Shown here piece by piece: positions 1-10,654 of a stretch of DNA of 64,000 nt. Every line of letters starts with the position of its first letter. Positions within the stretch are counted from its first letter, which is position 1. Made by a program: the position numbers and the translations under genes. The DNA is from Alphaproteobacteria bacterium (lineage in GTDB: Bacteria > Pseudomonadota > Alphaproteobacteria > MPNO01), in NCBI GenBank assembly GCA_964291675.2, contig OZ219866.1:3584001-3648000 (forward strand). The letters run 5' to 3'. Below the pieces are notes generated by a model. The model was not told the origin of the DNA. It saw only the letters and a program-made list of their open reading frames with translations, and did no database searches.

Positions 1-1
1 C

Positions 2-481
2 CACTCGATGCCCTTCTGGGACGAGCGCTTCGCCGCGATTGCCGCCGAGTATCCCGGGATCGAGACCGACCGGTACCATATCGACATCCTCGCGGCGCAT
101 TTCGTCGCCAACCCCGACTGGTTCGACGTCGTCGTGGGCTCCAATCTGTTCGGCGACATCCTGTCCGACCTCGGCCCCGCCGTCGCCGGCTCCATCGGGC
201 TCGCCGCGTCCGGCAACATCAACCCGGAGAAGGACCACCCCTCGATGTTCGAGCCGGTGCACGGCTCGGCGCCCGACATCGCCGGGCGCGGCATCGCCAA
301 CCCGATCGCCCAGATCCGGTCGGGCGCGATGATGCTGGAGCATTTCGGCCACGCCGACGCGGCCGGGGCCATCGTCGATGCCATCGCCGGGCTGCTGGCG
401 GAGGGCGGCCCCAGGACCGCCGATCTCGGCGGCAACGCCACGACCCGGGAGGTCGGCGCGGCGCTGGCATCCGCGCTGTGA
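2..481 (+). CDS. Tartrate dehydrogenase / beta-decarboxylating dehydrogenase (IPMDH family), 5'-partial
   Basis: FDVVVGSNLFGDILSD and SMFEPVHGSAPDIAG motifs; MPFWDE is typical of the tartrate/D-malate dehydrogenase clade; reading frame open to the window edge. Confidence 0.85.
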   Translation, partial: HSMPFWDERFAAIAAEYPGIETDRYHIDILAAHFVANPDWFDVVVGSNLFGDILSDLGPAVAGSIGLAASGNINPEKDHPSMFEPVHGSAPDIAGRGIANPIAQIRSGAMMLEHFGHADAAGAIVDAIAGLLAEGGPRTADLGGNATTREVGAALASAL

Positions 482-1191
482 TCGCGCTCTACGCCTGGCC
501 CACGCCGAACGGCCAAAAGATCTCGATCATGCTGGAGGAGTGCGGGCTCGACTACGCGGCGGTCGCGGTCGACATCAACAAGGGCGAGCAGTTCGCGCCC
601 GATTTCCTCGCGCTCTCGCCCAACAACCGGATCCCCGCCATCGTCGACGACGAGGGGCCGGGAGGCGCACGCATCGCCCTGTTCGAATCGGGCGCCATCC
701 TGCAATACCTGGCCGAGAAGACGGGAAGGTTCATGCCCGCCTCCGACGAGGGCCGCTACCGCGTGGTCGAGTGGCTGATGTTCCAGATGGGCGGGCTCGG
801 GCCGATGTGCGGGCAGGCGCATCATTTCCGCCAGCGCATGGGCGGCGAGGACGTGCCCTACGGGATCGAGCGCTACACCAGGGAGGTCGGCCGGCTCTAC
901 GGCGTGATGGACCGCAGGCTCGCCGACAACCCCTATCTGGCGGGCGCCGAGTACTCCATCGCCGACATCGCCTGCTGGCCCTGGGTGCGGCCGCACCGGC
1001 GCCAGGGCCAGGACCTCGCGGACTTCCCGGCGCTCGGGCGCTGGTTCGAGGAGATCCGCGCCCGCCCGGCGGTCGGGCGCGGCATGATGCTGCTCGACGA
1101 ACACCGCGGCCGCCGCGAGCTCACCCCGGAGGCGCGCGACCTGCTGTTCGGCGCGGGCCAGGCCCGGCGGGCGGGCGGCGGCGAGGCGTAG
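478..1191 (+). CDS. Glutathione S-transferase family (YfcG/YghU-like)
   Basis: N-terminal TPNG motif, SPNNRIPAIVD, LFESGAILQYLAEK, WLMFQMGGLGPMCGQ. Confidence 0.9.
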   Translation: MIALYAWPTPNGQKISIMLEECGLDYAAVAVDINKGEQFAPDFLALSPNNRIPAIVDDEGPGGARIALFESGAILQYLAEKTGRFMPASDEGRYRVVEWLMFQMGGLGPMCGQAHHFRQRMGGEDVPYGIERYTREVGRLYGVMDRRLADNPYLAGAEYSIADIACWPWVRPHRRQGQDLADFPALGRWFEEIRARPAVGRGMMLLDEHRGRRELTPEARDLLFGAGQARRAGGGEA

Positions 1192-1206
1192 GGCGCCACC
1201 CGCATC

Positions 1207-1315
1207 GTGATGCCCGGACTTGATCCGGGCAACCACTGGCGCCACCGCCCCTCCCTGCCGGCGTCCGTGCGGGCGGAGAGGCCGCATGGATGGCCGGATC
1301 AAGTCCGGCCATGAC
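1207..1315. repeat. Alphaproteobacterial REP/MITE-like palindromic element
   Basis: GTGATGCCCGGACTTGATCCGGGCA...TGGCCGGATCAAGTCCGGCCATGAC inverted ends between convergent genes; recurs at ~15.1, 15.3, 20.9 and 21.2 kb. Confidence 0.8.
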
Positions 1316-1349
1316 GGGAGGAGGGGACGGGCATCCATGACGGGGCGCT

Positions 1350-2225
1350 TCAATCCCGCCGGGCGCGGCGTTCCTGCCAGACGGAGTGGAAGTTGCCGGC
1401 GAACATCAGCGCCGCGCCGAGGAAGACGAACAGGTTGAGCGGCTCCCGGTATACCGCCCAGGCGAGCATGGCGGCCAAGGGCAGGCGCAGGAAGTCGATC
1501 GGCATGACCACCGTCGCGTCGGCGAGCGAGAACGCCTTGGCCATCGAGTAATGCGCGGTCAGCCCGGTGCAGCCGATCAGCAGCAGCCACGGCGCGTCGC
1601 TCCACAGCGGATCGGTCCAGCTCCAGATGCTGGCGAGGAAGCCGATGGGGAGCTGCATGATCTGCATCCAGATCACGATGGTCAGCGTGTCCTCGGTGCG
1701 CGTAAGCGCCTTGGCGATCACGTTGGAGGTGGCGAAGCAGAGCGCCGAGCCGAGCACGACCAGGGCTGCGAGCTGCACCGCCTCGACGCCCGGCCTGAGG
1801 ATGATCAGCACGCCGACCAGGCCGCTGAGCACGGCGATCACCCGGTGGCGCGACAGCCGCTCGCCGAGGAACAGGGCGGCCAGCAGCGCGACCCATAGCG
1901 GCGTCGAGAACTCGAGCGCGGTGACCGCCGCCAGCGGCAGCGTCGCCACGCCGTAGGCCCAGGCCGACTGGGCGGCGAAGTTGACGCCGTTGCGCGCGAA
2001 GTGCATGCCGATCCGCGAGGTATGCAGCAGCCGCCTGCCGTGCAAGGCGATCAGCGGCGTCACGATGGCGAACGAGACACAGCTCCGCATGAACATGATC
2101 TGGAACACGCCGAGATTGGCCGACAGCTCCCGGACCGCGATCATCTGCAGCAGGAAGGAGGCGATCATCGCCAGCGTCCATGCGGTCGCGCGGATCAGCG
2201 TGTCGCCGGGAAGCAGCGGCTTCAT
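1350..2225 (-). CDS. DMT (EamA) family transporter
   Basis: About 10 hydrophobic segments, LFLGERLS..R motif; ATG at 2225 overlaps the stop of the upstream paralog. Confidence 0.88.
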   Translation of the reverse strand: MKPLLPGDTLIRATAWTLAMIASFLLQMIAVRELSANLGVFQIMFMRSCVSFAIVTPLIALHGRRLLHTSRIGMHFARNGVNFAAQSAWAYGVATLPLAAVTALEFSTPLWVALLAALFLGERLSRHRVIAVLSGLVGVLIILRPGVEAVQLAALVVLGSALCFATSNVIAKALTRTEDTLTIVIWMQIMQLPIGFLASIWSWTDPLWSDAPWLLLIGCTGLTAHYSMAKAFSLADATVVMPIDFLRLPLAAMLAWAVYREPLNLFVFLGAALMFAGNFHSVWQERRARRD

Positions 2226-3139
2226 CGCGCGCCCGCGGCGCGTTCCCGCTCCTTGAGGCGCGCCTCGCGGCGCGCGACATAGGTGGTGGAGCCGAAGATC
2301 ACCGCCGCGCCCACCCAGGTCCAGCGGTCCGGCACCTCGGTGAAGATCAGCCATGCCGCGAAGGCGGTGAACGGCAGGCGCAGGAAGTCGAGCGGGGCGA
2401 CCACGCTGGCGTCGAGATTGGCGAGCGCGCGGGTGAAGCAATAGGGCGCCGCGGTGCCGATGAAGGCCAGCGCGAGCAGCATCGGTATGTCGGCAAGCGC
2501 CGGCCCCTGCCACAGGAAGATCGTCGGCACCAGCGCGATCGCCCCCATCAGCAGGTTGGAATAGAAAGCGATCGGCAGCGCCGCGTCGGTCCGGGTCAAG
2601 AGCTTGATCATCACCACGGCGCCGCCGTAGAAGGCGGCCGAGGCGAGCACCATCATCGCCTCCGAAGACACCGGCACCGCGCCCGGGCGGAGCACGATCA
2701 GCGCGCCGAAGAAGCCCACCGCCGTCGCCGACCAGCGCCGCCAGCCGACCCGCTCGCCGAGGAACAAGGCGGCGAAGATCACGGTATAGAGCGGCAGGGT
2801 GAAATGCAGCGCGGTGGCCTCGGCGAGCGGCATGGCGACGATCGCCTGGAACCACAGCGCCATGCCGGCGAAGTTGAGCGCCGCCCGCCCGACATGGGAC
2901 TTGAACACCCGGGTCCTGAGGCGCGCGATGCCGCGCCAGTAGAACCAGGCCAGCAGCACGGCGGTGGCGATAACCGAGCGGTGGAAGATGATCTCCACCG
3001 CGTGCATCTCGGCCGACAGGAAACGCACGAAGACCGGCGTGAGCGTGAACAGCGCCATCGACACCACGGCCCAGGCGATGCCTCTGAGCACGCGCGCCGG
3101 ATCGGCGACCGTGGCGGTCTGTCTCGGGGAGCTGTCCAC
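2222..3139 (-). CDS. DMT (EamA) family transporter
   Basis: Hydrophobic helices, LFLGERVGWRRW, PLDFLRLPF. Confidence 0.9.
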   Translation of the reverse strand: MDSSPRQTATVADPARVLRGIAWAVVSMALFTLTPVFVRFLSAEMHAVEIIFHRSVIATAVLLAWFYWRGIARLRTRVFKSHVGRAALNFAGMALWFQAIVAMPLAEATALHFTLPLYTVIFAALFLGERVGWRRWSATAVGFFGALIVLRPGAVPVSSEAMMVLASAAFYGGAVVMIKLLTRTDAALPIAFYSNLLMGAIALVPTIFLWQGPALADIPMLLALAFIGTAAPYCFTRALANLDASVVAPLDFLRLPFTAFAAWLIFTEVPDRWTWVGAAVIFGSTTYVARREARLKERERAAGAR

Positions 3140-3268
3140 GCGCCAATCTAGCGCAGGGCGGTCAATGCGTCAGTCAGCGGGCGCTACGCGACGTATCGAA
3201 GGACGCGCCATGACGGCTTGGGAAAACACCCGCCACTCGACCCGAATAGCCGACCGATGGACGCGCGG

Positions 3269-4186
3269 CTATTCCAGGATCGTCTCCAGCTTTCTCAAAT
3301 GCGCTTGCAGGCGCTCGCGAACCGCGCGCGCCGTCTCCGGCGTCCAGTCGCGGAAGCCGCCGCCGGCGGCCATGCCGAGCCGCCCGCCGCGCACCAGCGA
3401 CTCGAGATAGGGCGAGGGGCCGGGACGCGATTCCAGGTCGGACAGGACCGCCCGGTGGATATCGAGGGTCAGGTCGGTACCCACCAGGTCGGCATTCTCC
3501 AGCGGGCCGAGGACGGCAAGCCGCCGCCCGAAGCTCTCCTTGACCACGGTGTCCACCGTCTCGGCATCGCAGACGCCGTTCTCCACCAGGCCGATCGCCT
3601 CGCGCCACAGCGCGTGTTGCAGGCGGTTGCCGATGAAGCCGGGAACGTCCTTCTCGACCCGCACGGGACGCTTGCCGATCCGCTCAAGCACCGCGATCGT
3701 CGCGTCGAGGGCCGCCTCCGACGTCCATTGCGTGCGGATGACCTCGACCAGCGGAACGATGTGCGGCGGGTTCCACCAATGGGTGCCGAGGATTCGCTCG
3801 CGCGCCGTCAGCCCGGCGGCTATGTCCGTAATCGGCAGCACCGACGTGTTGGAGGCAAGGATGCAGCTCTCCGGCGCGGCGGCTTCCAGGTCGCGGAACA
3901 CCGACCGCTTGAGGTCGAGCTTCTCCGGCGCGGCTTCGATGACCAGATCGGCGTCCGCCACCGCATCGGCCAAAGCGGGACAGGTCGCGATGCGGCCGAG
4001 GGCGGCATCGATACCGGCGCGCCCGTCGCCCATCGCCGCCATGCTCGCCGCCACCCGATCGTTCAACCCCGCGAGAGCCTGCGCCGCCGGGTCGTGCACC
4101 CGGACCGCCAGCCCGGCGCGCGCGAAGGCAAGCGCGATGCCGTGCCCCATGAGCCCGGCGCCGACGATGCCCAAGGTTGCGACCAT
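3269..4186 (-). CDS. 3-hydroxyacyl-CoA dehydrogenase family protein
   Basis: GAGLMGHG Rossmann motif, IEAAPE, LASNTS, HWWNPP, PGFIGNRLQ. Confidence 0.92.
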   Translation of the reverse strand: MVATLGIVGAGLMGHGIALAFARAGLAVRVHDPAAQALAGLNDRVAASMAAMGDGRAGIDAALGRIATCPALADAVADADLVIEAAPEKLDLKRSVFRDLEAAAPESCILASNTSVLPITDIAAGLTARERILGTHWWNPPHIVPLVEVIRTQWTSEAALDATIAVLERIGKRPVRVEKDVPGFIGNRLQHALWREAIGLVENGVCDAETVDTVVKESFGRRLAVLGPLENADLVGTDLTLDIHRAVLSDLESRPGPSPYLESLVRGGRLGMAAGGGFRDWTPETARAVRERLQAHLRKLETILE

Positions 4187-4190
4187 CGAC

Positions 4191-4976
4191 CTACCCCGCG
4201 GTATAGCCGCCGTCGGCGTAGAGGATGTGCCCGGTGTAGAAGTCCGAGGCCTTCGATGCGAGGAAGAGCAGCGGGCCGGCCAGATCCTCGGGCTCTCCCA
4301 GGCGTCCCTTGGGGAGCCGGGCGAGAAACCCCTCGCGCACCCGCTTCGCCTCCGGCGTGTCTTCGAACATCCACCCGGTGACGGGCGAGCGGAAGACGGT
4401 GGGCGCGATCGCGTTGACGGTAATCCCCGTCGGGCCCAGCTCGCAGCCCAGCGCCCTGACGATCCCGTCTACCGCCGACTTGGAGGCGCAATAGGCGGTG
4501 TATCCGGCGGGGTGGCCGAGCAGGCCGCGGGCCGACGAGACCAGGACGATCTTGCCGCCGCCGCCCTGCGCCTTCATCCGGCGGGTCGCGGCGCGGGCCA
4601 GCAGCCAGGACTGGGTCACGTTGGCGTCCATGACCTCGGCGAAGGTGCCGGGCGCCATCTCGTCGATCTTCGCCACCCGGTTGGTGCCGGACGCGACGAC
4701 CAGGATGTCGAGCCCGCCATGGGCCTCGACCGCCCGGTCCACGATGGCATCGACCGCGGCCTCCGAGTCCGGGCGCGCATTCGCCGTGGCGACCGCGGCC
4801 CCCAGCTCCCGGCACGTGTCCGCGACCGCCTCCAGCGCCTGCGCATTGCCGCCGGCCAGCGTCAGCCGGCATCCGGCTTCCGCGAGGGTGCGCGCGGCGA
4901 CCGCCCCGAACGCGCCCGACGCGCCGGCGATCAGCGCCGACCGGCCGGCGACGTCGAAGATCTCCGACGGTGTCAT
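4191..4976 (-). CDS. SDR family oxidoreductase
   Basis: AGASGAFG cofactor motif, YCASK catalytic motif, GITVNAIAP, DGGYTAG; start inferred at ATG 4976. Confidence 0.9.
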   Translation of the reverse strand: MTPSEIFDVAGRSALIAGASGAFGAVAARTLAEAGCRLTLAGGNAQALEAVADTCRELGAAVATANARPDSEAAVDAIVDRAVEAHGGLDILVVASGTNRVAKIDEMAPGTFAEVMDANVTQSWLLARAATRRMKAQGGGGKIVLVSSARGLLGHPAGYTAYCASKSAVDGIVRALGCELGPTGITVNAIAPTVFRSPVTGWMFEDTPEAKRVREGFLARLPKGRLGEPEDLAGPLLFLASKASDFYTGHILYADGGYTAG

Positions 4977-5818
4977 GCAGCCTCCCCGGTCTCGATGCGG
5001 TAGCCGCCGGAACGGTCGACCATCGCCACCAGACGGACGATGCAGCCGTCGCCCTTCTTCCAGCGCCACGGGAAGGCGGCGAAGGTGACGCGCATGCCGG
5101 TGACCTTGTCGATGTCGCCGCCGACATTCTCGATGCCGCAGATGCCCTCGGACAGGATCGCGCGGTGGCACGGCTCCCATTCCGGGAAGTCGTCGAGCAC
5201 CCTGCGGCCGGTCTCCTCCTCGTATTGCCGCACGACATGCGGCATCAGGCCGTTCGGCCAGCCCGGGCCGTGCGGCGCGATCGCCGTCCCCAGCGGATGG
5301 TCGAGGGCCTGGGTGTCGGTGCCCACCATCTTGACCTTCCTGCGCGCGAACCACTCGCCGGCCTCCCTGTAGAAGCCGGGGGAGTAGGCGTAGTAGGTCT
5401 GGTTGTCGCCGTAATGCCGGTGCCAGCCGGTGTTGACGATGACGATATCGCCCTCCCGGATCGCCGGCCTCGCGTTCTCCAGATCGTCCGCCCCGATCAC
5501 CTCCCAGCGATCCTTCGGGATCGACACCACCACGCCCGTGCCGAAGAAATGCGGCAGGGGAACCTCGTCCATGAACGCCGTGCCTTCGACGACATGGCCG
5601 GGCGCGTCGATATGGGTTCCCGAATGCATGACGGTGGTGATGCGCTGGGTCAGCACGCCCGACTTGGCCATCGAGTGCAGGCGCTCGATCTTCACGTCCT
5701 CGAAATAGGGCCAGCAGGGTTGACCGAGCCCCCAGCGATGGCTCAGATCGTAGAACTCCAGCCCCATGTCGTTGTCCAGATTCTCCTGGTACTCGGCGCC
5801 CCGTACGGTGATCGTCAT
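4973..5818 (-). CDS. Cyclase family metal-dependent hydrolase (kynurenine formamidase-like)
   Basis: HSGTHIDAPGH motif, GDIVIVNTGW, GIEN. Confidence 0.9.
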   Translation of the reverse strand: MTITVRGAEYQENLDNDMGLEFYDLSHRWGLGQPCWPYFEDVKIERLHSMAKSGVLTQRITTVMHSGTHIDAPGHVVEGTAFMDEVPLPHFFGTGVVVSIPKDRWEVIGADDLENARPAIREGDIVIVNTGWHRHYGDNQTYYAYSPGFYREAGEWFARRKVKMVGTDTQALDHPLGTAIAPHGPGWPNGLMPHVVRQYEEETGRRVLDDFPEWEPCHRAILSEGICGIENVGGDIDKVTGMRVTFAAFPWRWKKGDGCIVRLVAMVDRSGGYRIETGEAA

Positions 5819-6042
5819 GCGGTGACCTCCTTGTCTGCCCCGATCATTGTAATGCGCTCCGCCCGGTCATCGGCGCGCCGCCGCGCGATACCGAAGAAGT
5901 CGTCGATCCGGCGGTGGATCGGGACGGTTTCGCGGGAAAAGGAAGCCTCGCGCAAGAGGCCCGTCGCGCTCGGGACGGAGATCGCCCGCGTGGCGCCGGA
6001 AGCGGAGTTCCGGGGCGGATAGTCGGTTCGCCCGCCGTCGCG

Positions 6043-6507
6043 CTACCCGTCCGCCTCGGCCTGGACGATCAGGGTCGTGCCGTCGACGTCGACGACGGCG
6101 ATCCGCGTTCCCTCGGCGAGATCCCGGCCCTCGGGGCGCACCGTGAAGCGCCAGACGGTGTCGCCGATGCGCACCCTCCCGCGGCCGCCCGCGGTCGCCG
6201 AATCCAGCACGTGCTGCGTGCCGACGAGATTCCGGCCCCGCTTGTTGAGCGTCGGGTGGTCGGTGGGGGCCCGGCGGGCGACGTAGATACGCCGGCCGAT
6301 GAAGATCGCCGCCACCGACAGCACGGCGAAGATCATCGCCTGGACTTCCCAGATCATCGAGGGAATCGCCGCCAGCAGGAGGCCGGTGACCACCGCGGCG
6401 ATGCCGAGCCAGAGGAAGATGGCGCCGGGCACCAGGACCTCGATCAGCATCACGAAGACGCCGAAGGCGAGCCAGTGCCAGAACGAGACGGCCTCGGGAA
6501 ACTCCAT
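6043..6507 (-). CDS. NfeD family membrane protein (YbbJ-like)
   Basis: Three TM helices plus OB-like C-terminus (GRVRIGDTVW, VVDVDGTTLIV); adjacent to an SPFH gene. Confidence 0.9.
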   Translation of the reverse strand: MEFPEAVSFWHWLAFGVFVMLIEVLVPGAIFLWLGIAAVVTGLLLAAIPSMIWEVQAMIFAVLSVAAIFIGRRIYVARRAPTDHPTLNKRGRNLVGTQHVLDSATAGGRGRVRIGDTVWRFTVRPEGRDLAEGTRIAVVDVDGTTLIVQAEADG

Positions 6508-6534
6508 CGTCGCTCGCGCGTGCCCTCCCGCCGG

Positions 6535-7503
6535 TCAGTCGCCGCCCGAGCGGGGGACCGAGCCGCGCCGCTCCGCCGCTCCTTCGTCGTCGCCAAAAGC
6601 CTGTCTGGCGATCTCGGTGAGCCCGGCGACGGCGCCGATCACGCCCGAGGCCTCCAGCGGCATCAGCACGAGCTTCTGGTTGCGCGCCTTGCCGATGGTC
6701 TCCAGCGCGGTGACGTATTTCTGGGCGACGAAGTAGTTGACCGCCTGGATGTTGCCCTCGCCGATCGCCCTGGAGACCATCTCGGTCGCCCGGGCCTCGG
6801 CCTCCGCCTCGCGCTCGCGCGCCTCGGCGTCGCGGAACGCCGCTTCGCGGCGGCCCTCGGCGTCGAGGATCTGCGCCTGTTTCTCGCCCTCGGCCTTGAG
6901 AATCTCGGATTGCCGGACGCCTTCGGCCTCGAGAATGGCGGCGCGCTTGTCGCGTTCGGCCTTCATCTGGCGCGCCATCGCGTCGACCAGCTCTTCGGGC
7001 GGCGAGATGTCCTTGATCTCGATCCGGGTGATCTTCACCCCCCAGGGCGAGGTCGCCTCGTCGACCACGCGCAGCAGGTCGGCGTTGATCTTGTCCCTTT
7101 GCGACAGGAGCTCGTCGAGGTCCATCGACCCCATGACGGTCCGGATATTGGTCATCGTCAGGTTGAGGATCGAGACTTCGAGCCGCCGCACCTCGTAGGA
7201 CGCCTTGACCGGGTCCAGCACCTGGAAGAACACCACCCCGTCGACCCGCACCATGGCGTTGTCCTTGGTGATGATCTCCTGCGACGGCACGTCGGTGACC
7301 TGCTCCATCACGTTCTGGCGCTGGCCGATGCGGTCGACCAGCGGCACGATCAAATGCAGCCCCGGGGTCAGCGTCCGGGTGTAGCGGCCGAACCGCTCCA
7401 CCGTGAACTCGAACCCCTGCGGCACGGTCTTCACCCCCATGAAGACCAGCGCGATCGCCAGCACGATGACGACGATCACGAAGACGGAGAACGCTTCATC
7501 CAT
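6535..7503 (-). CDS. qmcA: SPFH/Band 7 domain protein (QmcA-like)
   Basis: VERFGRYTRTL, QEIITKDNA, WGVKITRIEIKDI, QMKAERDKRA; start inferred at ATG 7503. Confidence 0.88.
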   Translation of the reverse strand: MDEAFSVFVIVVIVLAIALVFMGVKTVPQGFEFTVERFGRYTRTLTPGLHLIVPLVDRIGQRQNVMEQVTDVPSQEIITKDNAMVRVDGVVFFQVLDPVKASYEVRRLEVSILNLTMTNIRTVMGSMDLDELLSQRDKINADLLRVVDEATSPWGVKITRIEIKDISPPEELVDAMARQMKAERDKRAAILEAEGVRQSEILKAEGEKQAQILDAEGRREAAFRDAEAREREAEAEARATEMVSRAIGEGNIQAVNYFVAQKYVTALETIGKARNQKLVLMPLEASGVIGAVAGLTEIARQAFGDDEGAAERRGSVPRSGGD

Positions 7504-7647
7504 GTCGAAATGCCCCGGTCGATCCACTCGTTCCGGTCGCCGCGGCGCGCGCCCGGGACCGGCTAAATTATTGGGGGGTTCGGGCGCGGAAGCAAGGTTC
7601 TCTATCCCCAATCGTTCAAATCATATGTTCTTCCCGCATGGCGCGAA

Positions 7648-9159
7648 TTATGCCCGCGCACCCTTGCCCGCCTCCCACTCGGCGCGCAGCGCGAGGCGGT
7701 CGATCTTGCCGCTGGCGTTCTTCGGCAGGGCGTCGCGGAGCACGATCTCGCGCGGGCGCTTGAACTCCGGCAGCAGCGCCGCGCAGTGGCGGCCGAGGTC
7801 CTCTTCCGCGAGTTGGGCGCCCGCCCGGGCGACGACGTAAGCCACCACCGCCTCGCCGTAGATCGGATCGGGCACGCCGACGCTCGCCGCCTCCGCCACG
7901 TCTTCGTGACGGGCGAGCGCGTTGTCGATCTCCAGCGGGGCGATGTTGACGCCGCCGCGGATGATCACCTCCTTGGCGCGTCCGGTGACGTGCAGAAAGC
8001 CGTCCGCGTCGAGATAGCCGACATCGCCGGTCTTGAACCGCGTGCCGCGGATCGGCACCGCCTCCCCGCCTTCGAGCAGATAGGCCGATGCGTTCTGCGC
8101 GCCGCCGATCTCGATCTCGCCGACCTCGCCCGCCGGCGCCGCCGCCCCGCCGCGATCGAGGATTCGCAGGTTCTGGTAGAGGCCCGGACGGCCGACGCTG
8201 CCGATCCGGCGCGCGCCGACATGGTTGCCCGCGACCACCCCGCCCTCGCTCATGCCGTAGAGCTGCATGAGCTCGATGCCGTAGGTCGCCTCGAAACGCC
8301 GATGCGCGGACACCATCAGCGGCGCCGTGGACGAGCTCATGAAGCGCACCCCGGCGAAGCCGTCGCGGGGCGGCGGGCCGTCGCCCTCCAGCAGCATGTT
8401 CACCACCGTCGGCACGCCGATCGTCACGGTCGGGCGGTAATCGGCGATCCAGTCGAAGAAGCGGCCGCGCGAGAAGCGGCGGGCCAGGATTATGGTCCCG
8501 CCGGCCACCAGCATCGGCATCACGGTCAGCATGTGGGTCGAGGGCCAGCTTATCGAGCGGTATTCGAGGACCCGGTCGCCCGGCCCGAGCTTCCACATGT
8601 CGATCGTCTGGTCGGCGATCCAGAAATAGTTGCCGTGGTTGTGGATCATCCCCTTGGGCGCGGCGGAGGTGCCGGAGGTGAAGCCGATCACCGCCACCCC
8701 GTCCTCGCCGATTTCGGGCAGCGCCGCGGGCGGGTGCGAGGCGGCCTCGTGGTAGAGCGAATCCAGCGCCACCGCGCCTCGCGCAGGATCGAGCGCCTCC
8801 GCGCCCTCGCCCCGCACGACGAGCCGGGGATCGAGGCGGCGGGTCATCTCCCCGATATGCGCCGCGTTCACCTCCACGTTGATCGTGCAATAGGCGACGC
8901 CGGTCGCCAGGCAGGCCATGAACAGCGCCATCTGCTCCAGCCCGTTCTCGCTCAGCACCAGCAAGCGGTCGCCCGGCGCCAGCCCGCGTTCGGCGAAGAC
9001 CCCGGCGAATCCCTCGCAGAGCGCCAGCGTCCCGGCATGGGTCAGCGCCCTTCCGTCTTCCGCCGATTGCAGGAAGACCTTGTCGGGATCGGCCTCGGCG
9101 TGGCGGCGCAGCAGGGTCGAGACGGGGCGGAACCTTGTGCGGTCGGGGACCTGTTCCAT
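7648..9159 (-). CDS. AMP-dependent acyl-CoA synthetase
   Basis: FTSGTSAAPKG, YGMSE, FKTGDVGY, LPKNASGKIDR. Confidence 0.92.
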   Translation of the reverse strand: MEQVPDRTRFRPVSTLLRRHAEADPDKVFLQSAEDGRALTHAGTLALCEGFAGVFAERGLAPGDRLLVLSENGLEQMALFMACLATGVAYCTINVEVNAAHIGEMTRRLDPRLVVRGEGAEALDPARGAVALDSLYHEAASHPPAALPEIGEDGVAVIGFTSGTSAAPKGMIHNHGNYFWIADQTIDMWKLGPGDRVLEYRSISWPSTHMLTVMPMLVAGGTIILARRFSRGRFFDWIADYRPTVTIGVPTVVNMLLEGDGPPPRDGFAGVRFMSSSTAPLMVSAHRRFEATYGIELMQLYGMSEGGVVAGNHVGARRIGSVGRPGLYQNLRILDRGGAAAPAGEVGEIEIGGAQNASAYLLEGGEAVPIRGTRFKTGDVGYLDADGFLHVTGRAKEVIIRGGVNIAPLEIDNALARHEDVAEAASVGVPDPIYGEAVVAYVVARAGAQLAEEDLGRHCAALLPEFKRPREIVLRDALPKNASGKIDRLALRAEWEAGKGARA

Positions 9160-9172
9160 CGTCGCCGAAGCG

Positions 9173-10654
9173 TCAGCCGGCGCCGTCCGAGCCGTCCAGC
9201 AGATGGCCGAAGCGCCGCCTGGCGGCCTCCGCCTCGGCGGGGCTCGGCGCGTTGACCCTGGGGAAGTCGTCCTTCCAGTGGAACGGCCGGCAGGCGTCGA
9301 TCACCGCGCGCCCCATCGAGAGATCGCCCGAGCCGCGCCGGTCCGGGTGCAGCAGGGGGTCGGCGGGCGACGTCCGGGCGCCGGCGATGATGTCGATCGA
9401 GCTCGCCGGGTCGCTGCGCGTCAAGAGCGCCCACCAGAGCTCTTCCAGGTCGGTCACGTCGATGTCGTCGTCGACCACCACGACATAGCGGTTGGCGTAG
9501 TTGGCGGCATGGCAGGTGGCGGCGATGTGGCCGGCCTGCTTGGCGTGTCCCGGATAGCGCTGCCTGATGGCGACGCCGTGCAGCAGCCGCGACGAGCCGA
9601 TCTCGTAGCACCACACGCCGGTCACGTCCGGCACCCCGGCCGAGGCCAGCGCCTCCTTGACCATCGCCGAGCGCAGCACCGCGCGGTAGCGGCCCATCTC
9701 GTCCGACCCGCCGCCCATCGGCGGCACGCCGAGGATGATCGGATCGTTGCGGTGGTAGAGGCGCTCGATCTGCAGCACCGGCTCCGGATGCTCGCCGCTC
9801 GCGTAGTACCCCGTCCACTCGCCGAACGGGCCCTCCATCCTGTCGTGGCCGGCAACCAGGTACCCCTCGACGGCGATCTCGCAATTGGCCGGGAAGGGGA
9901 GGCCGGTGAGCTCGCCCCGCACGCACTGCACCGGCGCGCCGCGGATACCGCCCACCAGGTCGAGCTCGCAGGTGCCCGACGGCGCCTCGGTGCAGGCGGC
10001 GTAGAACGCCATCGGGTCCGAGCCCAGCACCATCACGATCGGGCATTTCTCGCCCCGGGCGAAGTACTTCTCGCGATGCACGTGGCCGTGCTTGCCGGGC
10101 ACCATGAGGACGCCGATGGAGGATCTGTCGTGCACCATCGCGCGGTAGGTGCCGACATTGAGCCAGCCGTCGTCGGGATCGCGGGTAACGGTGAGGCAGC
10201 CGGTGCCGATATAGCGCCCGCCGTCCTCGACATGCCAGATCGGGGTGGGGAACTTCATCAGGTCGATGTCGTCGCCCGCGAGCACGTTCTCCAGCACCGG
10301 GCCGGTGTCCACGATCTCGTGCGGGACCGTCTTGCGGTCCTTGACGAAGCCCTCGTAGCAGGCATCCGACAGCTCGGACTTGCTGAGGTCGTCGGGGAAG
10401 CCGAGGGTCATGTTGCGCCGCTTGCCGGCGAAGACGTTCATGATCACCCGGTAGCCCGGCGGGCAGCCCTCGACGTCGTCGAACAGCACCGCCGGCCCGT
10501 CGTCCTGCTTGATCACCGCCTCGGCGGCGAGCCCGATATCCTCCTCCCAGGACGCGCCGCGCACGACGCGCAGCTCGCCCAGCCGGTCGGCTTCGGCGAT
10601 CCATTCCCTGAGATCGTCGTATGGCAGCACGCAGCGCAGATTGCTTCGGTCCAT
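9173..10654 (-). CDS. UbiD family (prFMN-dependent) decarboxylase
   Basis: EDGGRYI, NVGTYR, EGPFGEWTGYY, VVVDDDID; start inferred at ATG 10654. Confidence 0.92.
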   Translation of the reverse strand: MDRSNLRCVLPYDDLREWIAEADRLGELRVVRGASWEEDIGLAAEAVIKQDDGPAVLFDDVEGCPPGYRVIMNVFAGKRRNMTLGFPDDLSKSELSDACYEGFVKDRKTVPHEIVDTGPVLENVLAGDDIDLMKFPTPIWHVEDGGRYIGTGCLTVTRDPDDGWLNVGTYRAMVHDRSSIGVLMVPGKHGHVHREKYFARGEKCPIVMVLGSDPMAFYAACTEAPSGTCELDLVGGIRGAPVQCVRGELTGLPFPANCEIAVEGYLVAGHDRMEGPFGEWTGYYASGEHPEPVLQIERLYHRNDPIILGVPPMGGGSDEMGRYRAVLRSAMVKEALASAGVPDVTGVWCYEIGSSRLLHGVAIRQRYPGHAKQAGHIAATCHAANYANRYVVVVDDDIDVTDLEELWWALLTRSDPASSIDIIAGARTSPADPLLHPDRRGSGDLSMGRAVIDACRPFHWKDDFPRVNAPSPAEAEAARRRFGHLLDGSDGAG